Assembly: GCF_018350175.1 (NCBI RefSeq)
Contig: NC_058373.1
Coordinates: 104,596,001 to 104,660,000 of the forward strand
Direction: 5' to 3'
Source of the DNA: Felis catus
Lineage: Eukaryota
DNA length: 64,000 nucleotides
How positions within the stretch are numbered: the stretch's first letter is position 1; each line of letters opens with the position of its first letter. Made by a program: the position numbers and the translations under genes. The notes beneath the pieces were generated by a model. That model had not been told where the DNA came from, ran no database searches, and worked only from the letters and a program-made list of their open reading frames with translations. Below are positions 13,543 to 24,648 of this stretch, piece after piece.

Positions 13543-13755
13543 CTTCTTTTTTTAATGTTTATTTATTTTTGAAGGAGAGAGAAACAAAGTGTGAGTGGGG
13601 GTGGGGCAGAGAGAGAGGGAGACACAGAATCCAAAGCAGGCTCCACGCTCTGAGCTGTCGGCACAGAGCCTGACGGGGGCTTGAACTCCTGAACTATGAG
13701 ATCATCACCCGAGCCAAAGTCGGACGCTTAACCGACTGAGCCAACTGGGCGCCCC
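13543..13755 (-). mobile_element. Can-SINE (SINEC_Fc2-like)
   Basis: Reverse SINE; TSD ctccttaatttctt at 13529-13542 and 13755-13768. Confidence 0.95.
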
Positions 13756-13786
13756 TCCTTAATTTCTTAAAAATTAAATTAATGAT

Positions 13787-14005
13787 GGGGCGCCTGGGTG
13801 GCGCAGTTGGTTAAGCGTCCGACTTCAGCCAGGTCACGATCTCGCGGTCCGTGAGTTCGAGCCCCGTCAGGCTCTGGGCTGATGGCTCAGAGCCTGGAGC
13901 CTGTTTCCGATTCTGTGTCTCCCTCTTTCTCTGCCCCTCCCCCGTTCATACTCTGTCTCTCTCTGTCCCAACAATAAATAAACGTTGAAAAAAAAAATTT
14001 TTTTT
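13787..14005 (+). mobile_element. Young felid SINEC_Fc
   Basis: Near-consensus head; TSD aattaaattaatga. Confidence 0.97.
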
Positions 14006-14821
14006 AATTAAATTAATGAACATCATTTTGCTCTAAGGTCATACAGAAAGTCACTTCAGATGAATAAATTGTAAAACGTTGCCCAGTCTTCATTGAATTG
14101 TTAGAGCCCCGCTTCTACCCCAAGGGATCTGCTTCTTTGTGCTCAAGAACCATAGACAATCTCTGATTCCCAATCACCCCCATGTTTCTACAAATGATGA
14201 CTAGGCACACATACACCACTTGGAGAGAAAAAATTTCACACAACATATCTAACAGAGGGATGGAAGCAGCATCGTCATATATAAGACATGCCTTTTATGC
14301 AGATTAACATTCAAGAGGAGAAACGCCTACTCAGAGTCTAGAAGCAATTTAACAATCTTTCTTTACACTAAAGCTACGTTATTTTTAATATCATTATTCT
14401 TTGACTCATCCCAAAAGAAGGAGATCCCCTCCTAAATTGTTCAGGTCATAGACCTGACAATGAAGCATCTGCATTAGTTAAGCCAGATTTGCATCAAGAC
14501 GCAATTAAAAAAATAAAAATCCCAGGGCCTGAGTAATGCTTTAATTTTATTATTCACTCTTTTAAGATGTTCAGCCAGAGCAGCTAAAATGTGTTTCCCA
14601 ATTGAGAATCTTAAAAATAAACTTTAAACTTAGGAACTCTGTGATTCCAGTCTCTTTACAGAATGAAGCCATTTTATTTGTTCGCTTTGCCTACAAGTGC
14701 AAACATACAGCCTCTGTTTAGTTCAATTAACCAAGGATATAAATTGCCCTGAAGTGTTTGTTTTTCCTTCTCTTTATAAATAAGAAGAGCAAGAAAAAAC
14801 ACAAAAGATATTGCCTGCCTG

Positions 14822-16020
14822 CATGCATTCACTCATTCAGCAAACATCTAGGAGAAGCCCTTGCTAGGCCCTGGGGCTACTGAGATGAATAATTCACAGT
14901 CGTCTCCTCCAAGAATTTTCTAGCCTAGTGGGGATATGATACTTAATCAGGTAATTGTAAAACCTTGTGGGAGGTTAGTGACAGAGACATGCACAGGGTT
15001 TGGTATAAGCCCAGAAGAGGAATCTCTAAGCCACAGGTGGCTGAGCAGAAGAACAGATATGCATCTTTGAGATTTCAGGGACCCACACTATAGGCATTTT
15101 AGAAGTAAGTTCATGGTGAGATGTGAGGAATGGGAAGATGAGGGAGTTTACAGTTACTATAAACTCAGTTCTCTCAATAGTGGAGGATTCTAGCTCACCT
15201 GCTGGGAGAGAGGAATTGAGCATTGAGCAGGGGCATCTCTTCTAAGAGTAGTGAAAAGTGTGGAATCATTTCTGGGAGGAATAGGAAAGTGAGGTACTAC
15301 TGATAAGAAAGCAATTGGAGGGTGGCTATGACAGCTCAGTTAGGGGACTGAATCTGTAAATAAGACAGAAAAGGCAAAGAGCAACACAGGTCCATGTTGG
15401 GGTTCTGTAGACCCACACGGCAGAAGAACACAAGAATGAAAGGGGGCTGGTAAGCAATCGGGTTCAGATGGCTAACTGACAGGTTGCATAAGGAAAAGAA
15501 GATGGCTCAGCAATGCATGATGACTGGTGGGTGACTGTATATTCCTGTTTGCCCAGGACCATCCTGGTATAATTATTGTAGAGTCTCCTTTCACTTGCCA
15601 AAGAATCCTTGTAGGGCAATATATTAAACGGTCCCCAAGTGATGGCCTGGGAGACATAATAAGACAATGGGTGTCTGTGAGGTTAAAGGGATAGTGTGGC
15701 CAAAGAGTGAAATGAAGGAGTTATGATCAAAGAAAGGAGGGCTTCCTGAGAGACAGATAATTAAGGGTGTGGTCCTGGGAACCAGTAGCTGAGACGACAC
15801 AGAGATGACAGTCTTTAGGGCTAAGGCAGTCCCAGAAAGATGATGCTAAATGGTTGGATAGGTCATTCTCATGGTCACTGAGATCACCTCTGGCACTTCA
15901 TTGAACATGTTCCATATATGTTTGAGGATATGGCAGGAGGTACAGTGGGAAGGGCGACTATGCATCAGGTCCCAATGAATCAGACAATAGGGGGCTGGCC
16001 AGAAGAGGGGAGACAGAAGT
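14822..16020 (-). mobile_element. LINE-2 fragment(s), highly diverged
   Basis: catgcattcactcattcagcaaacat...ctaggccctggggctactgagatgaat is an antisense L2 3' end; the purine-rich continuation is L2-like but its extent is uncertain. Confidence 0.5.
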
Positions 16021-16081
16021 GAAGAAGGGTTCAGGATGGCATAGATGTGTGCCTGACGTGCAACATAAAAATGTACTTTTA

Positions 16082-16298
16082 GGAGTACCTGAGTGGTTCA
16101 GTTAAGCGACCAACTCTTGATTTTGGCTCAGGTCATGATCTGACAGTTTATGAGTTCTAGCCCCAAGTTGGGCACTGTGCTCACAGCACAGAGACTGCTT
16201 GGGATTCTCTGTCTCCCTCTCTCTCTCTGCCCCTCCCCCAGTCATGCTCGCTCGCTCTCTCTCTTAAAAATAAATACATAAACGTTTAAAAAATAAAA
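16082..16298 (+). mobile_element. Can-SINE
   Basis: Degenerate head ggagtacctgagtggttcag; TSD ataaaaatgtactttta. Confidence 0.95.
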
Positions 16299-16968
16299 AT
16301 AAAAATGTACTTTTAAAAGAGGGAGGAAAGGTAATGATCAGACAGCAGTCAGGGGGCAAGCCAATAGTTTGTGGTGTATGGGAGAGTAAGAACACTCCAC
16401 AGTGTGAGCTATAGAAGAAGTTCTGTCTCCTGGAGAGGGAAACGGTGGGCACCACTCTGAGGCTTCCACGCAGTCTGCAGAGGGCAGCAAAGGTCCCATT
16501 GGGGGAGAGGCCATGGGTTCTGCCTCCACGTAAGTGAATCCTTCTGAAGTCAAAAAAGGTCCAGAAACCAAATTCCAACCTGCACATGAAGTTTTTTGTA
16601 GCAGGTAATTTCTCATGTACTGTTTTTCTTGTACAAGCCCAACCCATACCTTGGAGAGCTGGTACAATGAAACAAAGCATTAGCACTGCTTAAACCTTTC
16701 TTGGGCTAAAGTGGTAATTACATTATTTTTTGCTATTAATAATTACTAGAAAAGATGACTGATACTTATGCATAAATCATTTCTACTTCCCACATATGTA
16801 ACTTTTCTTCAGTCTTTGGAGAGAGAACTGTAACCTGTCCCAATATGCCTCTTCCTGTCTGCATGGGGCATAGAGATCTCAATAAATAACTACCCACAAC
16901 TTGTTCTGGATTCCCTGAAAATATATGACATAGTAAATATTCCCCAGATATTTATCTTTTAAAATTTT

Positions 16969-17194
16969 ATTTTTTTTTTTAATTTTTTTTTCAACGTTTA
17001 TTTATTTTTGGGACAGAGAGAGACAGAGCATGAACGGGGGAGGGGCAGAGAGAGAGGGAGACACAGAATCGGAAACAGGCTCCAGGCTCTGAGCCATCAG
17101 CCCAGAGCCCGACGCGGGGCTCGAACTCCCGGACCGCGAGATCGTGACCTGGCTGAAGTCGGACGCTTAACCGACTGCGCCACCCAGGCGCCCC
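16969..17194 (-). mobile_element. Young felid SINEC_Fc
   Basis: CpG-rich near-consensus copy; perfect TSD tatcttttaaaatttt. Confidence 0.97.
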
Positions 17195-18188
17195 TATCTT
17201 TTAAAATTTTAAATGAAATTATTATCACCAAAGAAGCGAAAACTCAAAATGTTTTAATTCAACCAGAAGAATTTCATCAAATTCAACATTTTTACAATAA
17301 TTTGAAAATCTTGTGGAATAACTTGAAAATGCCTCGCTCCCTGTCCTTACATCACACTTTGGAGCAGGATGGACAGCAAACATTGAGAGAATTTTGGACC
17401 TACTGACTCAGGGAGGAAGGGAGACACTGTGAAAGGAGAAAGGAGAGATGTTCATCCCCAAACGTATTCCAGCTCCTGGATCTCCTACATATCACACCCT
17501 GTCCCAGCTACAGGGAGGCCTGAGACACATGTCCTAGAGCACATGGCAAAAGTCTCTTGACTAAAAACGTCCTGTCCACCCAGTACTGACCTAAGTATTT
17601 CCATCTTTTCAAGTGTTGATTAGGATGGTGGTTCTCAGGCCCAGGACTCCAGAGGCACATCTCGTTAGCTGTCTACTGTGTGTTCATGATTTTTCTGTGG
17701 GGCAACCCCAGTCTAAATATCAAACAAGATAATGGAAAGATGATAACCGAGGTCACCCATTGTACACAAATATGGGAGGTGACTTTTATTTTGGTTTGTT
17801 CTTAGGAGGAACTCTTCTGTGTGAATAATCTAAACTTGATAAAAATACCACTGTCTTTGCTAGGAACAGCTCTGAAAAATGGTAGCAATACAGGTATGCC
17901 TTATTTGACTTCTCCCTGCTTCATAATTTAGATCCACATGCTTCTGGTAGGTATCTATATTTATCCCATAAGTCTGTCAAAAAAACACTGCAGCTGCAAC
18001 TGTGAGTTTAGCCAACAGACACAAATAAGAGACCAGCACCCTTTTTAAAGGATTTCAAACTTCAGATCATAATGTCATTTTGCATGGAGACACATAAAAA
18101 GCTTTTCAGGATGCAGCTTGTGGTAGGGGCAGTGGTGACAGTCACAAGTGGAGTTGCTAAGGGAAAGCATTATGTTTAAAGTAAAGGA

Positions 18189-18395
18189 GCAGTGCCTGGG
18201 TGGCTCAGTCGGTAAAGCATCTGACTCTTGATCTCAGCTCCGATCACGATCTCATGGTTCGTAAGTTCAAGCCCTGCATGGGGCTCTATGCTGATAGTGT
18301 GGAGCCTGCCTGGGATTCTCTCTATCCCTCTCTCTCTCTGCCCCACCCCCCTCAAAAATAAATAAATAAACTTAAAAAGAATATTTTTCAATAAA
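18189..18395 (+). mobile_element. Can-SINE
   Basis: gtgcctgggtggctcagtcggtaaagcatctgactc; TSD aaagtaaaggag / aaaataaaggag. Confidence 0.95.
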
Positions 18396-18736
18396 TAAAA
18401 TAAAGGAGAAGAAGATGCCTCTTGGAAACGGGACATTTTCCTTCTTAGATCCAAAGAAGGGAAGGCCTTGACAAGACAGAAGGGGTCATTTAGTGCAACC
18501 TCTTCATTTTACTGAGGAAAGAATGACAACCCGGAGTTTTAGGTCTGCTCAAAGACACACAACAGAGCCCAGGTGAGAACCTGAAACCAGAATCCCCAGG
18601 GGAGGGGGTCAAAGCTCTACTTTCTATAGCCTCTTCTTTAATAAATGGATATCAAGCCATGTTTTCATGTTTGGAAATAACACAGCAGCAGTTTCCACTA
18701 AACACCCCATGGCTATCATGAATAACTGTCATTTTT

Positions 18737-18937
18737 TTTAATGTTTATTTATTTTTGAGACAGAGAGACAGAGCATGAACGGGGGAGGGTCAGAGAGAGA
18801 GGGAGACACAGAATGTGAAGCAGACTCCAGGCTCTGAGCTGTCAGCACAGAGCCGACGCGGGGCTTGAACCCATAACCGTGAGATCATGACCTGAGCCGA
18901 AGTCGGAGGCTCAACCGACTGAGCCACCCAGGCACCC
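18737..18937 (-). mobile_element. Can-SINE (SINEC_Fc2-like)
   Basis: Reverse SINE; TSD tgaa(t/c)aactgtcatttttt. Confidence 0.95.
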
Positions 18938-19683
18938 TGAACAACTGTCATTTTTTAACCACCAAGCACTATTTCCTAAAGTACAGTACTCTGATTTTTT
19001 TTTTGTGGAATCACCTATCTCCTCCTGGGAGGTCTTGATGGGAGGGTCCATCCAGACCCCTGCCCCTCCACTGTACAAGCTAAAAACAGACCCTGGAGTC
19101 TCTTTTGCCGGAGCATTTTTCTTCCACCCTACAGCAGCCAGCGGCAGACGTATATTTGGGTCTAATGACTCTAGCAGCTGACCCAGCAGCCAAGACTGTT
19201 CCTGCTCCTGAGACTTAATACCTACGCTACCTAAGTCTGTGTTTTGAGCATTGCCTTCAGTCCAGATATTTTCCTATATCTTTGCAACAAAATCTCATTT
19301 ATTTTAAGGTAGAGTCAGAATTGATTTCCATTACCTACAACCTGAAGCTTCTTGGAGGAAAAGAATGCAGAGGTCTGAGGGATAGAGAGATCCTAACTAA
19401 TTCTGAGACTAGTTACATACATAGAAGGCATTCCTTTAATTGAACATCCCCACTTGTGGCAAAACAGAGAAAAGCTACAAGTCTGCTGAGATTTGGGTAT
19501 AAATAGCTGATGAAGTTTTGATGTCATGCTGGCATTATCTTGGAGTTAAAATCATTGAACTTAGAGCCTTTTAGAAGAATAGAGAAAGTTTTGATTCCAA
19601 GCAAGATAAAATTTAAGAGGAGTTCTAAAGAAGGAACACACACGACTCTGAGGCCAAGACACGAATCAAATTAAAATTTAAGA

Positions 19684-19900
19684 GTGACACCTGGGTGGCT
19701 TAGTCGGTTGAGCATCTGACTTCGGCTCAGGTCATGATCTCACAGTTCAAGAGTTCAAGCCCTGAGTTGGGCTCTGTGTGACAGCTCAGAGCCTGGAGCC
19801 CTCTTTACATCTGTGTCTCACTCTCTGTCTGCCCCTCCCCCACTCACACTCTGTCTCTCTGTCTCTCAAAAATGAATAAACATTAAAAAAATATTTTCAA
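19684..19900 (+). mobile_element. Can-SINE (SINEC_Fc2-like)
   Basis: cacctgggtggcttagtcggttgagcatctgacttcggctcagg; TSD taaaatttaagag. Confidence 0.95.
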
Positions 19901-20147
19901 ATAAAATTTAAGAGATAACGGTAAGATCAGTGTGGAAAACACCTACAGCTAGATGTTTATTTTTAAATCTTTCTCTATATGTATTTAAACTCAGATTTTA
20001 GAAGTCTTGTAATATTACATTTTCCTATTTTGAGCTTTAGTCTTTGAAAAAATAAGAGAGCGTGGACAAAATGGTAAAATAAGGAAGAAAAAATGTATCT
20101 CAAGTAAAAAGATCACCTCTATCTCTGCTACGGCCATGACTGAAGCA

Positions 20148-20183
20148 TAATCGCCTCCTTGTGGTGGCATACTTTAATTGCAG
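20148..20183 (-). promoter_or_regulatory. Candidate CTCF site with upstream motif
   Basis: Minus strand TGCAATTAA-AGTAT-GCCACCACAAGGAGGCGA: core resembles CCASYAGRKGGCRS, with a TGCAAT upstream module at the expected spacing; motif match only. Confidence 0.45.
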
Positions 20184-21170
20184 GCTCCATTTCTCTGATG
20201 ATTAACCCCATGAAATGCAATAAGCAAAGGCAGTAGAGTCATGATTTATATGTAAATTAGAAAAAAATTATTTTATATGATCATAAAAGGTTTTTAGTTC
20301 CACAGTGCTGTGAGAGTGAAAAATTCTGGTTGATGGTAATTAGGATAAGCTAAATGTTCAATCATATTTTACTCTGTGTGTCATATTCTTCATCCTAAGA
20401 CTTGTAAATCAATGTGTTGAGCCAACAACTCTTGGGAAACTAGAAGTTGAGGCCTCCAGTTGTAGTAACCAGGCAGATGGCACTACAAATAGAGTTAAAG
20501 AGCTTCTGTCAGGGAAACAGGTTTTACAAGTTGGAATGAAGAAAACCCAAACTGAGCTAAATTGGGTTATGGGAATGCAATAAGGAATCCTTTTATCTTA
20601 GTTGTAAGGAAAATTTATCCACAAAAAGAATCACCCAGAATATCAGACATCAGAACATTCATGCAAGCAGATAAAAGCCAACATGAATTTCTAACACATA
20701 AAAACCATTTTCACAGACTGCATGGAAAATAAAAAAACTTACTTCAAAATTCACAATTGCCTTTTGAAAACAAGCCATCTGTTGTTTGTAGGAAAGGTGC
20801 TAGATTTTTGAAGAAAAGGATACGAAGTGAGTTTCAGAACCAAAGGTGACAGGAAGGGCACTGATTCATGTATAAACATGAAAATATGGAAAAAAAAAAA
20901 AAACCAGCCTCCAGATTCCTAGAACATAGATAATTTATCACCAGAAATTGCTAACACCAAGAGCTGCACTGCTTTGCTACTGTTTAGCTTGGGCCTTGGT
21001 CCAACTGCCATATCATAGGTTTGTGTAGGCGATATCAGAAACCCTAACTCTTTGGCCTACTGATTTGGAAATTATGTACTTTGAAAAGGAAAGTTTAATA
21101 TTCAGAAGTCAAGACAGAAATATTATGATGGATTTTTAAAATACATTTTGGCTACAAGGGAGTGTCATTT

Positions 21171-21373
21171 AACATTTATTTATTTTTGAGACAGAGAGAG
21201 ACAGAGCATGAACGGGGGAGGGTCACAGAGAGAGGGAGACACAGAATCCAAAACAGGCTCCAGGCTCTGAGCTGTCAGCAAAGAGCCCAATGCGGGGCTC
21301 GAACCCACGGACCGTGAGATCATGACCTGAGCCGAAGTCGGACGCTCAACCGACCGAGCCACACAGGCGCCCC
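21171..21373 (-). mobile_element. Can-SINE (SINEC_Fc2-like)
   Basis: Reverse SINE; perfect TSD aagggagtgtcattt. Confidence 0.96.
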
Positions 21374-21398
21374 AAGGGAGTGTCATTTAAAAAATTGA

Positions 21399-21589
21399 GG
21401 GCTCCTGGATGTCTCAGTTAGTTGAGTATCCAACTCTTGATTTCAGTTCGTCATTAGCCCAGGATTGTGGGATAGAGTCCTACACCGAGCTCTATGCTGA
21501 ACAGGGAGCCTGTTTAAGATTTTCTCTCTCTCCTCTGCCCCTCTCCCCTGCTTGCACTTTCTCTCTCTTTCCCTCAAACAAAAAAAAAA
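21399..21589 (+). mobile_element. Older Can-SINE
   Basis: gggctcctggatgtctcagttagttgagtatccaactcttgatttcag, (CT)n tract, A tail. Confidence 0.9.
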
Positions 21590-22129
21590 TGATCATGACT
21601 ACTAATAATAACAGCTTATATATCCAAAGGTAAGTAGAGATATAGTCAGTCAATAAATAAATTTAGAAATATCCAGGGAAACTTTTTTTCTTCGTTTGGC
21701 TTGTGGGGGGGAGGGCAGTCCAGCAGACACGAAGGAAGCAAGACTGAGCTTAGAGGCATATGTTGAAAAAACAAACATCTTACGCTTTCAGGGTGATGTG
21801 TATTTAAAAATAGTGGAACACTTTTTCCACTGATGTATAGTAACATTAAGGGGCATTTTTCATATTATGATAAAAACACTGAATTTTAAACATTTTTAGC
21901 TTTTTAATTATGGGAAATTTCGAATGTACACAAAGCTAGAGAAGATGGTAATAATGAATTTTCAAGTACTTGTCAGCCACCTTCAGTGATTATCAATGCA
22001 TGGCCTAGGCATGATATATCTCAGGATGTGGAAAGCAATCTTAATATGGTATAAAGGACATACTTTTAATTTATTTTCCAAAAGAACTGTTTTGCTTCAC
22101 CCTATCCCATGGCTATCATCTGTATTTTT

Positions 22130-23487
22130 ATTTTCATTTATTTATTTTTTAAAGTAGACAGAATTTTACTGAATACGCTGCAAGGAAGAGGCAGGACAGC
22201 AAAGGAGAGACTGTCGCAATGAGGCAGGGAAGTGAGGAGGTACCGGGAGGCCTGAAATTTCCCCTTTTTTTTGGTAACTGTGCCTGATTGTAAGTAGCCC
22301 ATTGGTTAGTTAGGGTCTATGGATATTTTGAGATGGGTCGCCTGATAGGCCTGTCTGTACTCAGCCAGGGGTCACTGTGGGCCCTTTCTGCATTCCATCA
22401 CTCAAACCTGCTGCCTAAAAGCTCCCTCTCTGTCCCTCCGCACGCCACCACCCCCCCCCCCCCCGACAGACTGGCCATGACAAAGCTTTGGCATCTGGGC
22501 AGAGGTCTCATCTTTAGTAGCTTTGTAGAGATGTCCCTACCTAAACTTATCCCTCAGGGGTTCTGTACAGTGATAGACCAGAGCATGGTATTAACGTGCT
22601 GATAAGGCAATTTGAGGGAAATTTCCTGGTGGCCCCGTCCACAGGATTTAGGGCTGGAATCCCTGTTGAAATGTCACTTGTACATAGAACTGTTGGATTC
22701 ACTGAGATACGTAGGAAGGCATTTACCCATAGATCAAGAGGGCAGCTGGATTCACGGGAACAGAAGAAAAGGGGCAGAGGCCAAAAGCAGCAAGGCGAGA
22801 CAGCCAGGGCCAGGAAATGGTCCCCACTGAGGGCGTAAGGTGTGCGAGTTGGCCCTGGGCTAGCCTCTGCTGCCAGCTGCACCACACATCGGGAACAATC
22901 CTCTGGGGGGTCGGAATGAGAAAGCAGAGGAAAGGGGTCGTTGGCCCTCACAGGCATGGAGAATCCAAACTGTTCTCCCTCAGACCACACCAGACAGCCG
23001 CCTTGGCCAAGGATCTCCAGTCATCTGGGAAGTACTGGGGCCGAAAAGAGAAAGGAGAGAGAGAGAGAGAGAGAGAAGGATTCCTCTGAAGGGCAAAAAG
23101 GTGGAGCTGGCTGCCTCTGGGTTTCGGACCCTCACCGGGGAGTAACCTCAGCTGGAGGTCGTCAGTTCCCCAAGGAGTACTAGAGTCAGTCCACCAAGGG
23201 AAAGTGCGAGAGATTCCCAGAGAATCTGGGGAGAGCCCCCCGACTGGCAAAGCTCCTCATGTGGAGTTCCCCTAAATGTGTGTGGGGGGGCACAAAGTCT
23301 CCCCGCTTGGGGCCACCAAATGTGGTGTCTCTCCTGATCAGATGGGGCCCCAAATGTGGGGAGACGATGGGGGAGAAGCCAGGGGTGCTGGCGGTAAAAG
23401 GATTCACCCAGGACAGAATGAAGGAGATAGAAGTTTACTGAATACGCTGCAAGGGAGCGCCAGGAAGGACAGCAAAGGAAAGAGAGC
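22130..23487 (-). mobile_element. L1-mediated processed copy of an ERV1-like transcript (R-U5-PBS-internal-PPT-U3-R-polyA)
   Basis: Terminal repeat tttactgaatacgctgcaagg at 22165 and 23434; poly(A) remnant 22130-22150; 17-bp TSD ctatcatctg(ta/cg)ttttt at 22113-22129 and 23488-23504; PBS-like 23300-23318; purine tract 22422-22440; CCAAT at 22301-22305. Confidence 0.85.
23300..23318 (-). other. Retroviral primer-binding site, tRNA-Ile(AAU)-like
   Basis: Minus strand ...CACCACA-TT-TGGTGGCCCCAAGCGGGGA versus PBS-Ile TGGTGGCCCGTACGGGGA (first 9 and last 6 nt match), directly after a CA-ending U5. Confidence 0.7.
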
Positions 23488-23744
23488 CTATCATCTGCGT
23501 TTTTAAAACTAGATACTATTTATAGAACTGAAGCCCAAGTTGAAAGAAACTTACAGATCATTATCTAGTCAACCACATTCCCATGCAACTCAAGTACCCT
23601 GACCCAAGATCCTCATACGGTGTAAGGAAAGTCTTTCTAGAAACAGTAAGAATCATTTAAAATTCAGGAAAACTGCCTTATGAGACCGTGGATACCCCAT
23701 CCCTGGAAAGGTTGAGATACAACCTTAAGCAACGACTTAATAGC

Positions 23745-23925
23745 ATATGGTAGAGTAAGAATGCATGTGTGGGGGACACACTTGAGTCTGAATCTTGACT
23801 TTGCCACTTGGCACTTCCTGCCCTCTCCTCTGAGCCTCAATCCTTCCATCACAGGGTTGCTATTAGAATCCAATGAGGTAACATAAATAACATGCCCAGC
23901 ACACAGGAGATACTTGATAGACATC
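23745..23925 (+). mobile_element. MIR SINE
   Basis: gagtctgaatcttgactttgccactt...ctctgagcctca...cacagggttgctattagaatccaatgag. Confidence 0.7.
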
Positions 23926-24606
23926 TCTTTCTTTCATCTCCCTTTACTCCCCAAATCAGATCCACATAATGACAGAGAAAACATGCAAACATGTAAAAGT
24001 ATTTCACTAAACAAAGTCACATCCATGTATCATCTTTCAGTCACTGTCTTATTTTGGGATAGCAGTAACTGAAACACTAAATTGAGTTTTTCTCATGGCT
24101 AGACTTTTCCCTAGACGATCCACATGTAAAGAGTATATATGGAAAACACAGTGCTTTCATATCAGTATATTAAGCTGGGACGACATAGGGCAAATCACTC
24201 CAGAGATTTATAGCAATAAAAGCTAAACCAGTTTTTTTTTTCCTTCAGTCGCATTCTTATGCTATAGAGAAAATATCAGATTTGGAAAAAGAAACGCTTT
24301 GGACAAAAGGAGGAGAACTGTATTAAAAGGAAATGGAAAAAAATCTCAAAGCAGATAAATTCTTAATTACCCTTTTTGTCACTATCTTAATACCCAGCTC
24401 CAATGGTATAGTATTTCAAATTAACGACCCCTAGATGGTTTCATTGCCTGTGAACCTTCAGAATAAAGTAAGTTCCCACATAACCCTGTGCCCATAATCA
24501 GCATCTCTCTGAGGAGTGGCTGGCTCTCTCTGCCTTCTAGTACTCACTCCCAGTGTGGAAAATTTCTAACAGCTACATGAGATATCATTATTACTCCATA
24601 TGGAAC

Positions 24607-24608
<2 letters not shown>

Positions 24609-24646
<38 letters not shown>
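24609..24646. repeat. (GT)n microsatellite
   Basis: Perfect GT run of about 19 units. Confidence 0.95.

Positions 24647-24648
<2 letters not shown>

Noticed and set aside
17008..17406. Recurrent ORFs such as [22 protein letters not shown] and MAQSVKRPTSAQV
   Set aside because: These are translations of Can-SINE sequence repeated across the window, not genes.
22547..22990. 147-aa minus-strand ORF inside the ERV-derived insert as a possible env or accessory protein
   Set aside because: Starts at a non-ATG codon and shows no gag, pol or env motif that I recognise; overlapping ORFs in several frames suggest chance openness in GC-rich DNA.
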